The notes under the pieces were generated by a model, which searched no databases, had not been told where the DNA came from, and worked only from the letters and a program-made list of their open reading frames with translations. From the NCBI GenBank assembly GCA_030390025.1, contig CM059432.1:86430001-86494000 (forward strand): a DNA stretch of 64,000 nucleotides, written 5' to 3'. This DNA is from Squalus acanthias. Taxonomy: Eukaryota. Of the stretch, positions 1 through 13,651 are shown in pieces (position 1 is the first letter of the stretch; each line of letters begins with the position of its first letter). The position numbers were made by a program, and so were the translations under genes.

Positions 1-729
1 AACATTCAGGATATATCTGTAACCAAGTTTTATTCCCTTCATATGGTTTACTCCAATGTCTTGTGATTTTTTTTTAATGCCATGGTACTGCACAATATTG
101 ATGGAATTCTATAGAATTTTTCAGCATTTATTGATTATGAACTTTCTTAAATAAACCTAACTTTGTCAATGTTACCATTTTGGAATCATTTGTATAGCTT
201 AACAACATTTGATGTAGCACAGGATACTGGAGTGTTTTTTAATTCTTAAACTTATGGAAATATTGAATGTCGGTAAGTCCTCCAGATATATAGCTCCCTT
301 AAAGCATTTGGTCCCTGTAGCTTTGATATATTGAGCACACAACTATACTGTTTCCCATGTATTTAAGCCAATTTAATTCTCCTGAACAATGGAAAATCTC
401 CAATGGAAATAACGAATTGAAAGGCAAAGATTTGCTCTGTGGGTGCTCAAAAATAAACAGTTTCACAGTTATTGCATAACTGATTTACAGCCTGACATTT
501 ATTGCACTGCTAGCCTTTGATACCTAGTGCTGTAATGGAACTGGTGAAAGGTTTTGGGTTTTGCATCTATTGCTACGAGAGCCAGACTTCGGTTTCAATG
601 ATTGTTGCTTTCTTCTAAATAAATAGAGCAACTGAGTCTCAAACACATGCCTATCATTTAAAGCACTTTTCACCTGTTTGTGCTAGATTGCTGTTCTCCA
701 TACTCCCTGGAGCAGTAGGATGCTATCAT

Positions 730-1050
730 AGAAAGAAAAACCTGCATTTTATATAGATCCTTGAATGTCTTTCTAAATGTTTCACAAACCATGAATTAGT
801 AACTTGTGTAGGCAAATACAGCAGGCATTTTGCAAGATCTTGCAGCCCATAATGAAGTGTATAACCAATTAATCTGTTGGGGGTAGTGGTGGTTAAAGAA
901 GCAGTGCTGGCCAGGAATCCTCCCTGCTATTTGAGTGCGGTGATCTTTAAACATCCACCAGTGGTCAGTTGGGAACTTTTTTTTATAATCTCATTTGAAG
1001 AGCACTCACACTGCATTACCACTTAAGTTATGCACTCCAGTCCTGAACTA
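730..1050 (-). mobile_element. Decayed SacSINE1/DeuSINE-like tRNA-derived SINE
   Basis: Reverse complement aligns by eye with the intact copy at 61432-61898 (tail TGCATTTTATATAG, GGCCAGGA, TTTAAACATCCAC, tRNA-head remnant). Confidence 0.7.
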
Positions 1051-1149
1051 CAAACTGACAAGACCTATATTACAGATGAACTTCCTTGGATTAGACATCT
1101 GAAGTAATGTTCTTTTGACACTATATGATATCAAGACATTTCCACATCC

Positions 1150-1415
1150 CTTTTGCCCCACCTCCCTAGTCATTTCACCATTAAAACCCTCTGCCTGTGC
1201 ATTGAGGTGACTCCTCATCCTCTGTACTTTCAATCTCCTTCTCTATTCCCCTCTTCTGATTTCATTGTCCACCTTACCCCGCTTGACATCTCCATATTCA
1301 AAGCCACTCTCTTGACCTTGTCCTCTTGTGTACTGGCCTCTCTATATTCCCACGGTCTCAATCACAGACGGGGCCATCTCTGACCACTTGTATCCCTCAC
1401 CACCCACATCACTCT
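1150..1415 (+). mobile_element. Old L2-type LINE endonuclease fragment
   Basis: Pyrimidine-rich stretch with frameshifted APE C-terminal motifs (CACTCTCTTGACCTT = HSLDL; ATCTCTGACCAC = ISDH). Confidence 0.45.
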
Positions 1416-1418
1416 ACA

Positions 1419-3566
1419 GAGGAAAAATTGTTAGCGCCAGGGGCACTGAGGCCATAGTGCAGGGGCAAGGCGGATCCAGCACTGCACAACAAATCCGGTC
1501 CCCCCCCCCCCCATTGCACCGCCGGTATGACGTACTGCTGGGGACTTCAATGCCAGGCAGATCGTGACGTCTGAGCGTGCAATGCTCACTGGCTGCCCGA
1601 TCTGCTAAATTGGTTTTTAGCCACCTACCTTAGTGCCTCGACCAGACAGCGACAGGGAGAGGAGGCTTCAAGCAGATGGAAGCCGGCTCCAGGGACGTTA
1701 TTGAAAGGGATCATGAGTAATGAGTCCCAGCTGTCAGGTTAGTGGAGTTTGTGCTTTCTTGTCGGTTTGACATTGTGCAACAGTTTAATTCAGTAATTTA
1801 AAAGTTCTTTTGTATCAGGAGTGTTGTGGTAACTAAAATGTAGTTACATTTATTCTTAATATCAGTGCTACACTTGGCTTACATTAATGGGGGCTGTACT
1901 GGCAGTTGACCTGGCCCTCCAGCATCTACGGTGGAGGGAGCGCAGGCAGCAAGGAAGACTGGAACATGTGGCCAGAGGGAGAAGGAGGAGGGCCATCAGG
2001 ACTCTCAACAGGAGGCCTTAGCCTCCAAGGGTATTCAGACAGCACTTCTCCTACCTTCACTTAAGCGAGGAGCAGTGTATTCGAAGGCTTCGCTTCACCA
2101 AGGAGGTTGTCACAGAACTCTGCCACTTCCTGCAACCAAACCTCCAGCCTCAAATCAGGGTGACCACGGCGTGCTCAATGGCAGTCAAGGTCATCGTCTC
2201 CCTCAATTTCTTTGGCAGCAGATCCTTCCAGTCTGCAACAGGAGACATGGCTAACATCTTGCAGTTCGCCGTCCATCACTATGTCCGGGAGGTCACATAG
2301 GCTATAGTAGGAGAAGGGACTACATTTCCTTCCCCATCACTAGAGAGAAGCAGGACGAGTGTGCATGTGGCTTTGACAGAATAGCGGAATTCCCCATGGT
2401 GCAGGGCATCAGTGACTGCACCCACATAGATTTGCAGGCACCGCATAACAATCCTGATATCTTCCATAACCGCAAAGGCTACCACTCACTTAATGGGCAG
2501 TTGGTGTGCGACTACACACAGCGAATCCTCAATGTCTTCATCCTGCGCCAGACCGGTGTGCCAACACTCTTCCAGCCACTACGTCACGCTTGCAGCTGGC
2601 TGCTCGGAGACCAGGGCTATTTGCTCTCCACCTGGCTCATGACTCCCCTCCACAATCCCAACACTCCTGCCCAGCACTCCTATAATGACAGCCATGCTGC
2701 GACCAGGAACATCATCGAGCAGACCATCAGGCTGCACAAGCAATGGTTCCACTGCCTTGACCGCTCGGGAGGAGCCCTCCAGTACTCGGCTGAGCAGGTG
2801 TCCCATTTCGTCGTGGTCTGCTGCATGCTCCACAATTTGGCCATGAGGGCCCAACCCTTGCCGCCAGGGATTGTGGGACCACCTCCGGAGGAACAGGAGC
2901 GAGGGAGGAGGCAGCCATTCAATCGGCCTTGCAGACTGCGGTTCCAATAAATTAAACCCCAGATCCCCGTTGCTCACCACATCCCCAACATTCCATCCCT
3001 GTCGCAGACCACATCACAGAGCAAAGCTGAAATGAGAGACACCACAAAAGAATCCAAACTGATTTAATAAATTAATTTATTAATTGGTGAACACATATTC
3101 ACCCTTGTGCAATCCCTTAGTGCCTCTTGTTGCTGTGCCTTTGCCTACTCTAGTGCTCCTACGAAGCGTTGGCCCAGTGGCTGCAGCAGGGCGGGTGGAA
3201 GACTGCTGAGTGTTCGCGCGGGAGACTTCAGATGGCCTTGCAGGATGCCCTCGACCAGCTCCGGGCCTGGAAGGCCCGACTGTAGACTACACCACCTCAG
3301 CATAGGCGACAGCAATCTGGGCTGGCTGGATAACTGGCAGCGACAAGGGCAATGGCGGAGTGGGAGAGTTGGGACCAGGAATGCTGTCATCCTGACAGAG
3401 GACAGCAGGTTCCTGCTCCACTGACCCACTGCCACTCCCCCAGGGCAGTGTGTGCAGACTGTGGTTCAGACGGTGGTATGTAGCATTTGTTGAAGCATTG
3501 ACTCACCCTGCCCACCCGAGTGAGGTTGTTAAATTTCTTCCTGCACTGTGTGTGGGTCCTGGGGAC
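1419..3566 (+). mobile_element. Harbinger element A (decayed, right end lost)
   Basis: Transposase remnant on + and a convergent Myb/SANT remnant on - (3507-3566 reads PRTHTQCRKKFNNLTRVGR|GTGAGT). It abuts a SINE at ~3567. The left boundary is approximate. Confidence 0.8.
1985..2950 (+). pseudogene. Harbinger (HARBI1-like) DDE transposase, frameshifted
   Basis: Motifs VQGISDCTH, NRKGYHSLNGQLVCD, WLLGDQGY, WLMTP, YNDSHAATRNIIEQTI, CCMLHN. Confidence 0.9.
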
Positions 3567-4152
3567 TTTACAGCCAATGAATTACTTTTTTGAAATGTAG
3601 TCACTGTTGTTTTGTAGGCAAATACTGTAGCCAAGTTGCGTAAAGCAAGGCCCCACAAACAGTACTGTGATAAAGGGCCAATTAATCTGTTCTGGTGATA
3701 TTGGTTAGGATATTAGCCAGGACAGAGAACTCTCCAGCTATTCTTCAATACAATGCCATGTTTTTTTAAGGTCCATCTGAACAGGCAGATGGGGTTTAAT
3801 GTCTCATCTGAAAGACAGCACCTCCAACAATGCAGCACTCCCTTAATACTACACTGAAATACAAATAAAGGAAAATGACAGGCAGAAAAAACCAAGCTGG
3901 TCCATCAAGCCTGCCCCACATGCATGATGCCTGGAGCATCGTGACTAGGCACGTCCTACCCCCCGCAGCCATGTAGTCTCCTGGGAGAGGCAACAAAAAT
4001 AGAGAAAGAAACCCAGGGCCAAAAAGGGGAAATTCCTCTCCGAGATACCAGCCGAGATTATGTGCTCAAGTCCTGAAGTAGAGTTTGAGGGCATAAATTT
4101 AAAAACCCACAACCTTCTGACTCCGAGGCGAGAATGCTACCACTGTGCCAAA
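3567..4152 (-). mobile_element. SacSINE1-like SINE interrupted (~3858-4052) by a CR1-type 3' fragment
   Basis: Body and tail at 3567-3857, tRNA head at ~4055-4152. The insert carries a CR1-like 3' stem (GGGCAGGCTTGATGGACCAGC on -). Confidence 0.75.
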
Positions 4153-4491
4153 TTGACAGTCTATATAGAAAATATAAAAGGGAAACAAAAATACAAATAG
4201 CTAAGAAAAACAGCAGACCAAGTAGGCATACCAATTTGACCTCCGAGGGCGGGAGAGAAAGAAGTAAAAATTAATCGAAGTGTGACGTCACCAGAAATCA
4301 GGTAAGTGATTGGTTGGTGAGTATTTCACTCTTTCTCCTTTTTTACAAAACTTCAATTCCGTAGTTTATAGTTGCTAAAGTCTCTGTGGTGTAGCGGAGA
4401 CTACTGGCATAAAAGGGCCCTTGAGTGTATTGTTTTAATTTAAATTAATTAAAGGGTAAATAATATTAATAAATTGAATTAATTACATAGA

Positions 4492-5447
4492 ATGAGAGAG
4501 CAGGTGATGTGTTACTGCTGCAATATGTGGGAGCTGGTGGACACCATTGATGTTCACGGTGATCACATTTGCAGTAAGTGTTGGCTGCTCGAGGAACTCC
4601 GGCTCCGTGTTGATGAGCTGGAGTCCGAGCTTCAAACACTGCGACATATCAGGGCGGGGGAGAGTTACCTGGACTCTGTGTTCCAGGAGGTAGTCACACC
4701 AATAAGATTAACTAATTCAGATGTAGACCGTGGTCAGGGACAGGAGGGTGTGACTATGAGTGAGGTAGGTACAGGGATCCAGGAGGTAGTGTTGGAGGAG
4801 TCGCAGCCCTTGCTCTTGTCCAACAGGTTCGAGGCTCTTATTCTCTGTGAGGACGGGAGCAGGGACTGCAGGGAGGATGAGCAACCTGGCCACAGCACCG
4901 TGGTACGGGAGCCATTCAAGTGGGGGGAGTAAAAAGAAATGCTGTAGTGGTAGGGGATAGTATCATTAAGGGGATAGATAGGGTTCTTTGCAGCCGAGAG
5001 CGAGAGTCCCGAAGGCTGTGTTGCCTGCCCGGTGCCAGGGTTAAGGACATCTCCTCTGGGCTGGAGAGAAACTTGGAGTGGGAGGGGGAAGATCCAGTTG
5101 TCGTGGTCCATGTTGGTACCAATGACATAGATAGGACAAGGAATGAGGTTCTGCTGAGGGAGTATGAGCAGCTAGGGGCCAAATTAAAAAACAGAACCTC
5201 TAGGGTAGTAATCTCTGGATTACTACCTGAGTCACGAGCAAATTTGGCTAGGGTAAATAAAATCAGAGAGTTAAATGCGTGGCTCAAAGACTGGTGTGGG
5301 AGAAATGGGTTTTGCTTCCTGGGACACTGGCACCAGTACTGGGACAGGAGAGAGCTGTTCCGTTGGGACGGACTTCACTTGGCCAGTGCTGGGACTAGAG
5401 TCCTGGCGAATCGAATAACTAGGGCTGTAGAGAGGGCTTTAAACTAA
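4492..5447 (+). pseudogene. CR1 ORF1: Cys-rich zinc finger, leucine zipper and SGNH/GDSL esterase (one frameshift near 4910)
   Basis: CYCCNMWE...HICSKC, LEELRLRVDELESELQTL, VVGDSII, HVGTND, DGLHL. Confidence 0.9.
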
Positions 5448-5485
5448 TTAGTGGGGGGGAGGTTTCAAGAGAGCAAAAAATAAAA

Positions 5486-8440
5486 ATGTCAGCGGAGAAG
5501 GCAATAGAGCAAAGTAGCAGTGGGGTAATTAAAAACCAGAGCGTGTCAGGAAGGGACAGAATATATAAAGATAAAGGTAAAGTAGTAAAGGGGGTAAAAG
5601 CAGGAATAAATTGTCACAAAACATATTTAAAAGTTCTTTATCTGAATGCACGCAGCATTCGTAACAAAATAGACGAGTTGACGGTACAAATAACTACACA
5701 TGGGTATGATCTGGTGGCCATTACAGAAACATGGCTGCAAGGTGACCATGACTGGGAACTAAACATCCAGGGGTGTTTGACTATTAGGAAGGACAGACAG
5801 GAAGGAAAGGGAGGTGGGGTGGCGTTGTTAATAAAGGATGGAATCACTGCAATAGTGAGAAATGATATTGGGTCAAAGGATCAGGATAGTGAAACAGTTT
5901 GGGTGGAGATAAGGAATAATAAGGGGAAAAAGTCACTAGTGGGCATAGTCTATAGGCCTCCTAACAGTTGCAACTCAATTGGTCGGAGTATTAATCAGGA
6001 AATAGTTGGGGCTTGTAATAAGGGAACAGCTATAATCATGGGAGATTTTAACTTTCATATTGACTGGACAAATCAAATTGGGCAGGGCAGCCTTGAGGAA
6101 GAGTTCATAGAATGCATTAGGGACGGGTTCCTTGAGCAGTATGTTACTGAACCAACCAGGGGGCAGGCAATCGTAGATCTGGTCCTGTGTAATGAGACAG
6201 GATTAATAAAAAATGTCCTAGTAAAGGATCCCCTTGGAATGAGTGACCATAACATGGTTGAATTCCAAATTCAGTTGGAGGGTGAGAGTTGGATCTCAAA
6301 CCAGCATACTAAGCCTAAATAAAGGAGACTATGAAGGTATGAGAGCAGAGTTGGCTAAAGTGGACTGGGAAAATAAATTAAGGTGTAAGACGGTACAGGA
6401 GCAGTGGTGTACATTCAAGGAGGTATTTCACAACTTTCAAGAAAAATATATTCCACTGAGGAAAGAGGGGCGTAAAAGAAAAGATAGCCATCCGTGGCTA
6501 AGTAAAGTAATAAAGGATAGTATCCGACTAAAAACAAGGGCATATAAAGTAGCCAAATCTAGTGGGAGGATAGAAGATTGGGAAGCATTTAAAAACCAGC
6601 AAAGAATAACTAAAAGATTAATTAAGAAAGGGAAGATAGATTATGAAAGTAAACTAGCAAAAAATATAAAAACAGATAGCAAGAGTTTCTACAGTTATAT
6701 AAAAAGAAAAAGGGTGGCTAAAGTGAATGTTGGTCCCTTAGAGGACGAGACCGGGAAATTAGTAGTGGGGAACATGGAGATGGCAAATACGCTGAACAAA
6801 TATTTTGTATCAGTCTTTACAGTAGAGGACACTAAAAATATCCCAACACTGGACAAACAAGGGGCTATGGGGGGGAGGAGCTAAACACGATTTAAAATCA
6901 CTAAGGAGATGGTACTCGGTAAGATAATGGGACTTAAGGCGGATAAATCCCCTGGACCTGATGGCTTACATCCTAGGGTCTTGAGAGAAGTTGCGGTAGG
7001 GATTGCGGATGCATTGGTGGTAATTTTCCAAAACTCCCTGGATTCAGGAAAGGTCCCAGCAGATTGGAAAACTGCTAATGTAACACCCTTATTTAAAAAG
7101 GGAGGTAGACAAAAGGCTGGAAACTATAGACCAGTTAGCCTAACATCTGTGGTTGGTAAAATGTTGGAGTCCATTATTAAGGATGCAGTAACAGGACATT
7201 TGGATAAGCATAACTTAATCGGACAGAGTCAGCATGGTTTTATGAAGGGGAAATCATGCTTGACAAATTTGCTCGAATTCTTTGAGGACGTAACAAACAA
7301 GGTGGATAAAGGGGAATCAGCGGATGTGGTGTATTTGGACTTCCAAAAGGCATTTGACAAGGTACCACACAAAAGATTACTGCACAAGATAAAAAATCAC
7401 GGGATTGGGGGTAATATACTGGCATGGGTGGAAGATTGGCTATCTAACAGAAAACAGAGTTGGGATAAATGGTTCATTCTCAGGTTGGCAATCAGTAACT
7501 AGTGGTGTTCCGCAGGGGTCAGTGCTGGGACCCCAACTCTTTACAATCTATATTAACGATTTGGAGGAGGGGACCAAGTGCAACGTATCCAAGTTTGCAG
7601 ACGATACAAAGATGGGAGGGAAAGCAGTGAGTGAGGAGGACATAAAAAACCTGCAAAAGGATTTAGACAGGCTAAGTGAGTGGGCAGAAATTTGGCAGAT
7701 GGAATATAATGTTGGAAAGTGTGAGGTTATGCACTTTGGCAGAAAAAAATCAAAGAGCAAGTTATTATCTAAATGGAAAGAAACTGCAAAGTGCTACAGT
7801 ACAAAGGGATCTGGGGGTCCTGGTGCATGAAACACAGAAGGTTAGTATGCAGGTACAGCAGGTGATCAGGAAGGCCAATGGAATCTTGGCTTTTATTGCA
7901 AGGGGGATGGAGTATAAAAGCAGGGAAGTCTTGCTTCAGCTATACAGGGTACTGGTGAGGCCACACCTGGAATACTGCGTACAGTTTTGGTTTCCATATT
8001 TAAGAAAAGATATACTTGCTCTAGAGGCAGTTCAGAGAAGGTTCACACGGTTGATTCCGGAGATGAGGGGGTTGACTTATGAGGAAAGGTTGAGTAGGTT
8101 GGGCCTCTACTCATTGGAATACAGAAGAATGAGAGGCAATCTTATCGAAACATATAAGATTGTGAGAGGGCTTGATCGGGTGGATGCAGGGAGGATGTTT
8201 CCACCGATGGGTGAGACTAGAACTAGGGGGCATAATCTTAGAATAAGAGGCTGCTGTTTCAAAACTGAGATGAGGAGAAACTTCTTCACTCAGAGGGTAG
8301 TAAATCTATGGAATTTGCTACCTCAGAGAGCTGTGGAAGCTGCGACATTAAATAAATTTAAAACGGAGATAGACAGTTTCCTAGCTGATAAGGGAATTAA
8401 GGGTTATGGGGAGCGGGCAGGGAAGTGGACGAGAGTCTAG
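5486..8440 (+). pseudogene. CR1 ORF2: APE endonuclease plus reverse transcriptase, about 4 frameshifts
   Basis: [55 protein letters not shown]. Frameshifts near 6280, 6875, 7455 and 7745. Confidence 0.95.
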
Positions 8441-8606
8441 GTTCGGATCAGCCATGATCCTATTGAATGGCGGAGCAGGCCCGAAGGGCCGTATGGCCTA
8501 CTCCTGCTCCTACTTCTTATGTTCTTATAAGTATGAAGAAAGACTGGTTGAGAACATAAAGGGGTTTGTATAGGATTTTATAAGCATATAAAATGTAAAA
8601 ATCTGT

Positions 8607-8842
8607 CTCTGGATGAGAGGTTAAACCAAGGCGCCGCCCCGTCTGCCCTCTCAGGTGGATGTGAAAGATTCCACGCGCTATTCAAACAAGAGCAGGGGAG
8701 TTCTACCTAGTGTCCTGGCCAAAATTTATACCTCAACCAACATCACTAAAACAGATTATTGGTCATTATGTCATGTTTGTGAGACCTTGGGCACAAATTG
8801 GCTGCTGCGTTTCCTACATTACAACAGTGACTACACTTCAAT
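8607..8842 (+). mobile_element. SacSINE1-like SINE fragment (Deu domain)
   Basis: GGATGAGAGGTTAAACCAAGG...CTCTCAGGTGGATGTGAAAGATTCCA...GTGTCCTGGCCAA matches the 61432 copy. Confidence 0.85.
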
Positions 8843-9354
8843 ATAGAAAATATTCACTGCATTTCCTTTATCCAAACACTCGTGTTATTTCCTTAAAGAA
8901 CTACATTAAATTTGTTAGGCACTACCCACTTTCCTCCTCCTGTTCTGCTTATCGCTTGCTCAAGCCAATTGTTAGTCTTTGCAATAAATTTCAGCTGATT
9001 CAGTGATTCTCAAGATTTTTTTAGATTGCGTCCCATGAAAATAATTTTCTGCCTCTCATGCCCCTTTAGCTAAGGATACTGTAGCAAAAAAAAATCTTAC
9101 TCCTCCTTCACTTCTGTTTCTTTTGCTCTTTTTCACATTGGCCACACCATCCTCCTCCAACACCTCTTCTCCATTGTCCAGCCCTTGTTAGCCAGAGCAT
9201 CTCCAGCAATGGCTTCTCGACCCAGCCATTGATTCTGTACTGTCAGTCTGCTTGTCTGACATCCACCTAATGTCACAGCACGGAATTGAGTGCAGTACGT
9301 TTGAGTTAACCACCCACAATTATTGTCTGTTGCGGTTGTGAGTGTTTCTCTCCA

Positions 9355-12300
9355 TACTCCATGCGATTGGATACATACTGGACCATTTGCGATGCTGAGG
9401 ACGTCGTGGATATCACGTTTGAGCAGTTGGTCACACCGCAGGCAAAGGATGCACAGGCAGAAAGGGAATGGGTGACCAACAGAGTAGTAGGCGCAGGCAG
9501 GTAGTGCAGGAGTCCCCTGTGGACATCCCCCTCTCAAACAGATATACCACTTTGAATACTGTTGGGGGGATGGCTTATCAGAGGAAGGCAGCAGCCAACT
9601 TCCTGGCACCAGGGGTGGCTCTGCTGCACAGGATGGGAGGAAAAAGAGGGGTAGGGGTAGAGCTATAGTGATAGGGGATTCTATTGTAAGGGGAATAGAT
9701 AGGTGTTTCTGCGGCCGCAAACGAGACTCCAGGATGGTGTGTTGCCTCCCTGGTGCAAGGGTCAAGGATGTCTCAAAGCGGCTGCAGAACATTTTGGAAG
9801 GGGAGGGTGAACAGCCAGTTGTCGTGGTGCATATAGGTACCAACGATATCGGTAAAAAAGGGGATGAGGTCCTAAAAGCTGAATATAGGGAGTTAGGAGG
9901 TAAATTAATAAATAGGACCTCAAAGGTAGTAATCTCAGGATTGCTACCAGTGCCACGTGCTAGTCAGAGTAGAAATAGAAGGATATTTCAGATGAATACG
10001 TGGCTAGAGGAATGGTGCAAGGGGGAGGGATTCAAATTCCTGGGACATTGGAACCAGTTCTGGGGGAGGTGGGACCAGTACAAACCGGACGGTTTGCACC
10101 TGGGCAGGGCCGGGACCGATGTCCTAGGGGGAGTGTTTGCTAGTGCTCTGGGGGAGGGTTTAAACTAAAATGGCAGGGGGTTGGGAACCTGAGCAGGGAG
10201 ACAGAGGAAAGGGAAACAAGGATAAAAGCAAAATAGAGGAAGGAGAAAAACAAAAGTGGCAGTCAGAGAAATCAACGGTTTAAATCAAACATGGCCACAG
10301 TAAATAATAATTCTAAGAGTGTTAAAAAAACAAGCCTGAAGGCTTTGTGTCTTAATGCGAGGAGCATTCGTAATAAGGTAGATGAATTAGCTGCGCAAAT
10401 AGAGGTAAAGGAATATGATTTGATTGGGATTACGGAAACATGGCTCCAGGGTGGCCAAGGCTGGGAACTCAACATCCAGGGGTATTCAATATTCAGGAAA
10501 GATAGGCAAAAAGGAAAGGGAGGTGGGGTAGCATTGCTGGTTAAAGAGGGGATTCACACAATTGTAAGGAAGGATATTAGCTCTGATGATGTGGAATCTG
10601 TATGGGTAGAACTGAGAAATACCAAGGGGCAGAAAACGTTAGTGGGAGTGGTATATAGAACTCCAAACAGTAATGCGGAGGTTGGGGATGGCATTAAAAG
10701 GGAAATTAGAGAAGCATGCAATAAGGGCACAGCAGTCATCATGGGTGACTTTAATCTACATATAGATTGGGCTCACCAAATTAGTAACAATACTGTGGAG
10801 GAGGAATTCCTGGAGTGTTTACGGGATGGTTTCCTGGACCAATATGTCGAGGAACCAACCAGAGATCAGGCCATCTTAGACTGGTATTATGTAATGAGAA
10901 AGGATTAATTAGCAATCTTGTTGTACATGGCCCCTTGGGTCGGAGCGATCATAATATGATAGAATTCTTCACTAAGATGGAGAGTGAAGTAGTTGACTCA
11001 GAGACTAGGGTCCTGAATTTAAATAAAGGAAACTATGATGGTATGAGGCGCGAGTTGGGTAGGATTGATTGGGGAATGTCAGTCAAAGGGTTGACGGTGG
11101 ATAGGCAATGGCAAACATTCAAAGACCGCATGGATGAACTACAGAATTTGTTCATCCCAGTTTGGCATAAGAATAAAACAAAAAAGGTGACTCAACCATG
11201 GCTAACAAGGGAAATTAGGGATAGCATAAGATCCAAGGAGAGGACATATAAATTGGCCAGAAAAAGCAGTAAACCTGAGGATTGGGAGCAGTTTAGGATT
11301 CAACAAAGGAGGACAAAGGGATTAATTAAGAATGGGAAAATAGAATATGAGAGGAAGCTTTCAGGGAACATAAAAACTGACTGTAAAAGCTTTTACAGAT
11401 ATGTGAAGAGAAAAAGATCGGTGAAGTCAAGCGTTAGGTCCCTTGCAGTCAGAATCAGGGGAACTTATAATGGGGAACAAAGAAATGGCAGACCAATTAA
11501 ATACATATTTTGGTTCTGTCTTCACAAAGGAGGACACAAATAACCTCCCAGACATGTGGGGGAATATAGGGTCTGATGAAAGGGAGGAACTGAAAGAAAT
11601 CAGTATTTGCAGGGAAATGGTGTTAGGGAAATTGGCGGGATTGAAGGCCGATAAATCCCCAGGGCCTGATAATCTACATCCTAGGGTACTTAAGGAAGTG
11701 GCCCTAGAAATAGTAGATGCATTGCTGATCATCTTCCAACATTCGATGGAATCTGGAACAATACCCATGGATTGGAGGGTAGCTAATGTTACCCCACTAT
11801 TCAAAAAAGGTGGTAGAGAGAAAACGGGGAATTACAGACCAGTAAGACTGACATCGGTAGTGGGGAAAATGCTAGAGTCCATTATAAAAGATGTAATAGC
11901 AGAGCACTTGGAAAACAGTGACAGGATCGGACAAAGTCAACATGGATTTACAAAAGGTAAATCATGCTTGACTAATCTACTGGAATTTTTTGAGGATGTA
12001 ACTGGTAGAATAGATAAGGGAGAACCAGTGGATGTGGTGTATTTGGACTTTCAAAAGTCTTTCGATAAGGTCCCGCATAAGAGATTAGCGTGTAAAGTTA
12101 AGGCACATGGGATTGGGGGCAAGGTATTGACTTGGATAGAGAACTGGTTGGCAGACAGAAAGCAAAGAGTTGGAATAAATGGGTCTTTTTCCGAGTGGCA
12201 GGCAGTGACTAGTGGGGTACCGCAGGGATCGGTCCTTGGACCCCAGCTATTCACAATATATATTAATGATCTAGATGAGGGAATTGGATGTAATATCTCC

Positions 12301-13212
12301 AAGTTTGCAGACGACACAAAGCTGTGTGTGTGTGTGTGTGCTGTGAGGAGGATGCCGAGAAACTCCAGGATGATTTGGACTGGTTGGGTGATTGGGCAGA
12401 AGCATGGCAGATACAATATAACGTAGATAAATGCGAGGTTATCCACTTTGGTGTCAAAAACAGGAAGGCAGATTATTATCTGAATGGCAATAGATTGGGA
12501 GAAGGGGAAGTGCAACGAGACCTGGGTGTCCTTGTGCACCAGTCGCTGACGGTAAGCATGCAGGTGCAGCAGGCGGTTAAGAAGGCAAATGGTATGTTGG
12601 CCTTTGTAGCGAGAGGGTTTGAGTACAGGAACAAGAATGTCTTGCTGCAGTTGTACAGGGCCTTGGTGAGACCACATCTTGAGTATTGTGTGCAGTTTTG
12701 GTCGCCTTACCTGAGGAAGGAGGTTCTTGCCATGGAAGGAGTTCAGCGAAGATTCACCAGGCTGATACCTGGGATGGCAGGAATGATGTATGAGGAGAGA
12801 TTGGGTCAATTGGGCTTATACTCGCTGGAGTTTAGAAGAATGAGAGGGGATCTCATTGAAACTTATTAAATTCTGACAGGACTGGACAGACTAGATGCAG
12901 GAAGGATGTTCCCGATGGTCGGGGAGTCCAGAACCAGGGGTCACAGTCTAAGGATAAGGAGTAAGCCATTTAGGACAGAAATGAGGAGGTGAACCTGTGG
13001 AATTCTCTACCACAGAAGGCAGTAGAGGCCAATTCATTAAATATATTCAAGAAGGAGTTGGATATATTTCTTAAGGCTAAAGGGATCAAGGGATATGGGG
13101 AGAAAGCAGGGACAGGGTTCTGAATTTGGATGATCAGCCATGATCGCATTGAATGGCGGAGCAGACTAGAGGGGCCGAATGGCCTGCTCCTATCTTCTAT
13201 GTTTCTATGTTT
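9355..13212 (+). mobile_element. CR1 LINE, 5'-truncated in ORF1 (CR1-b, different subfamily from CR1-a)
   Basis: Esterase ORF 9668-10168 (IGDSIV, HIGTND, DGLHL), APE/RT ORF pieces over 10291-12869, and a CR1 3' end at ~13130-13212. Confidence 0.95.
12324..12340 (+). repeat. (TG)n microsatellite inside the CR1-b RT, just after FADDTKL
   Basis: CTGTGTGTGTGTGTGTGTGC; the RT frame changes here. Confidence 0.9.
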
Positions 13213-13651
13213 ACTTCTCTCTGTACTTTCTGACAGCTGAGGTCTTATTTCCAATCCCCCTTTCAGGTTTCCTGTATATTTTGCTAGCATAGTGCCGAGA
13301 GAAGCGTACAAGCCAGTGATGTGTTCATAGGTATTACTCGCTCTCTGAGGAAGTACTTGATTTGAATGTATTGGAATCAATCGAGTTGGGTGAGAACATA
13401 ATGAGATGGACTTTCTCAGCTAAGTCCTGGAAGGCCAAAATCTGGCCCCAGCAGAGGAGTTGGAACAGGCTGATTTAAAACATAACTTTATTATAACTTT
13501 CATATTTCAAGATAATCTGGAAATTGTTTAAAATTTATATCATTGCCCTCCCCTGGTGCTATGATGGAACTCTCTTCTGAGCCTGAAGACTATGGGATAT
13601 TTTGGGGCAGAGTCGGAGCATTACTCTGTATGTTGTCCAATAAGTATCTTA

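Larger units (their letters stand above)
4200..8528 (+). mobile_element. CR1 LINE, near full length (CR1-a)
   Basis: 5'UTR, ORF1, ORF2 and a CR1 3' end (GAATGGCGGAGCAGGC...TGGCCTACTCCTGCTCCT, CTTATGTT tail). Confidence 0.95.

Noticed and set aside
2396..2950. Domesticated HARBI1 or NAIF1 host genes
   Set aside because: Multiple frameshifted copies inside TIR-bounded elements indicate transposon remnants.
12051..12809. 252-aa antisense ORF, and similar ORFs opposite the LINE and Myb genes
   Set aside because: Shadow frames of CR1/Harbinger coding sequence with no independent evidence.
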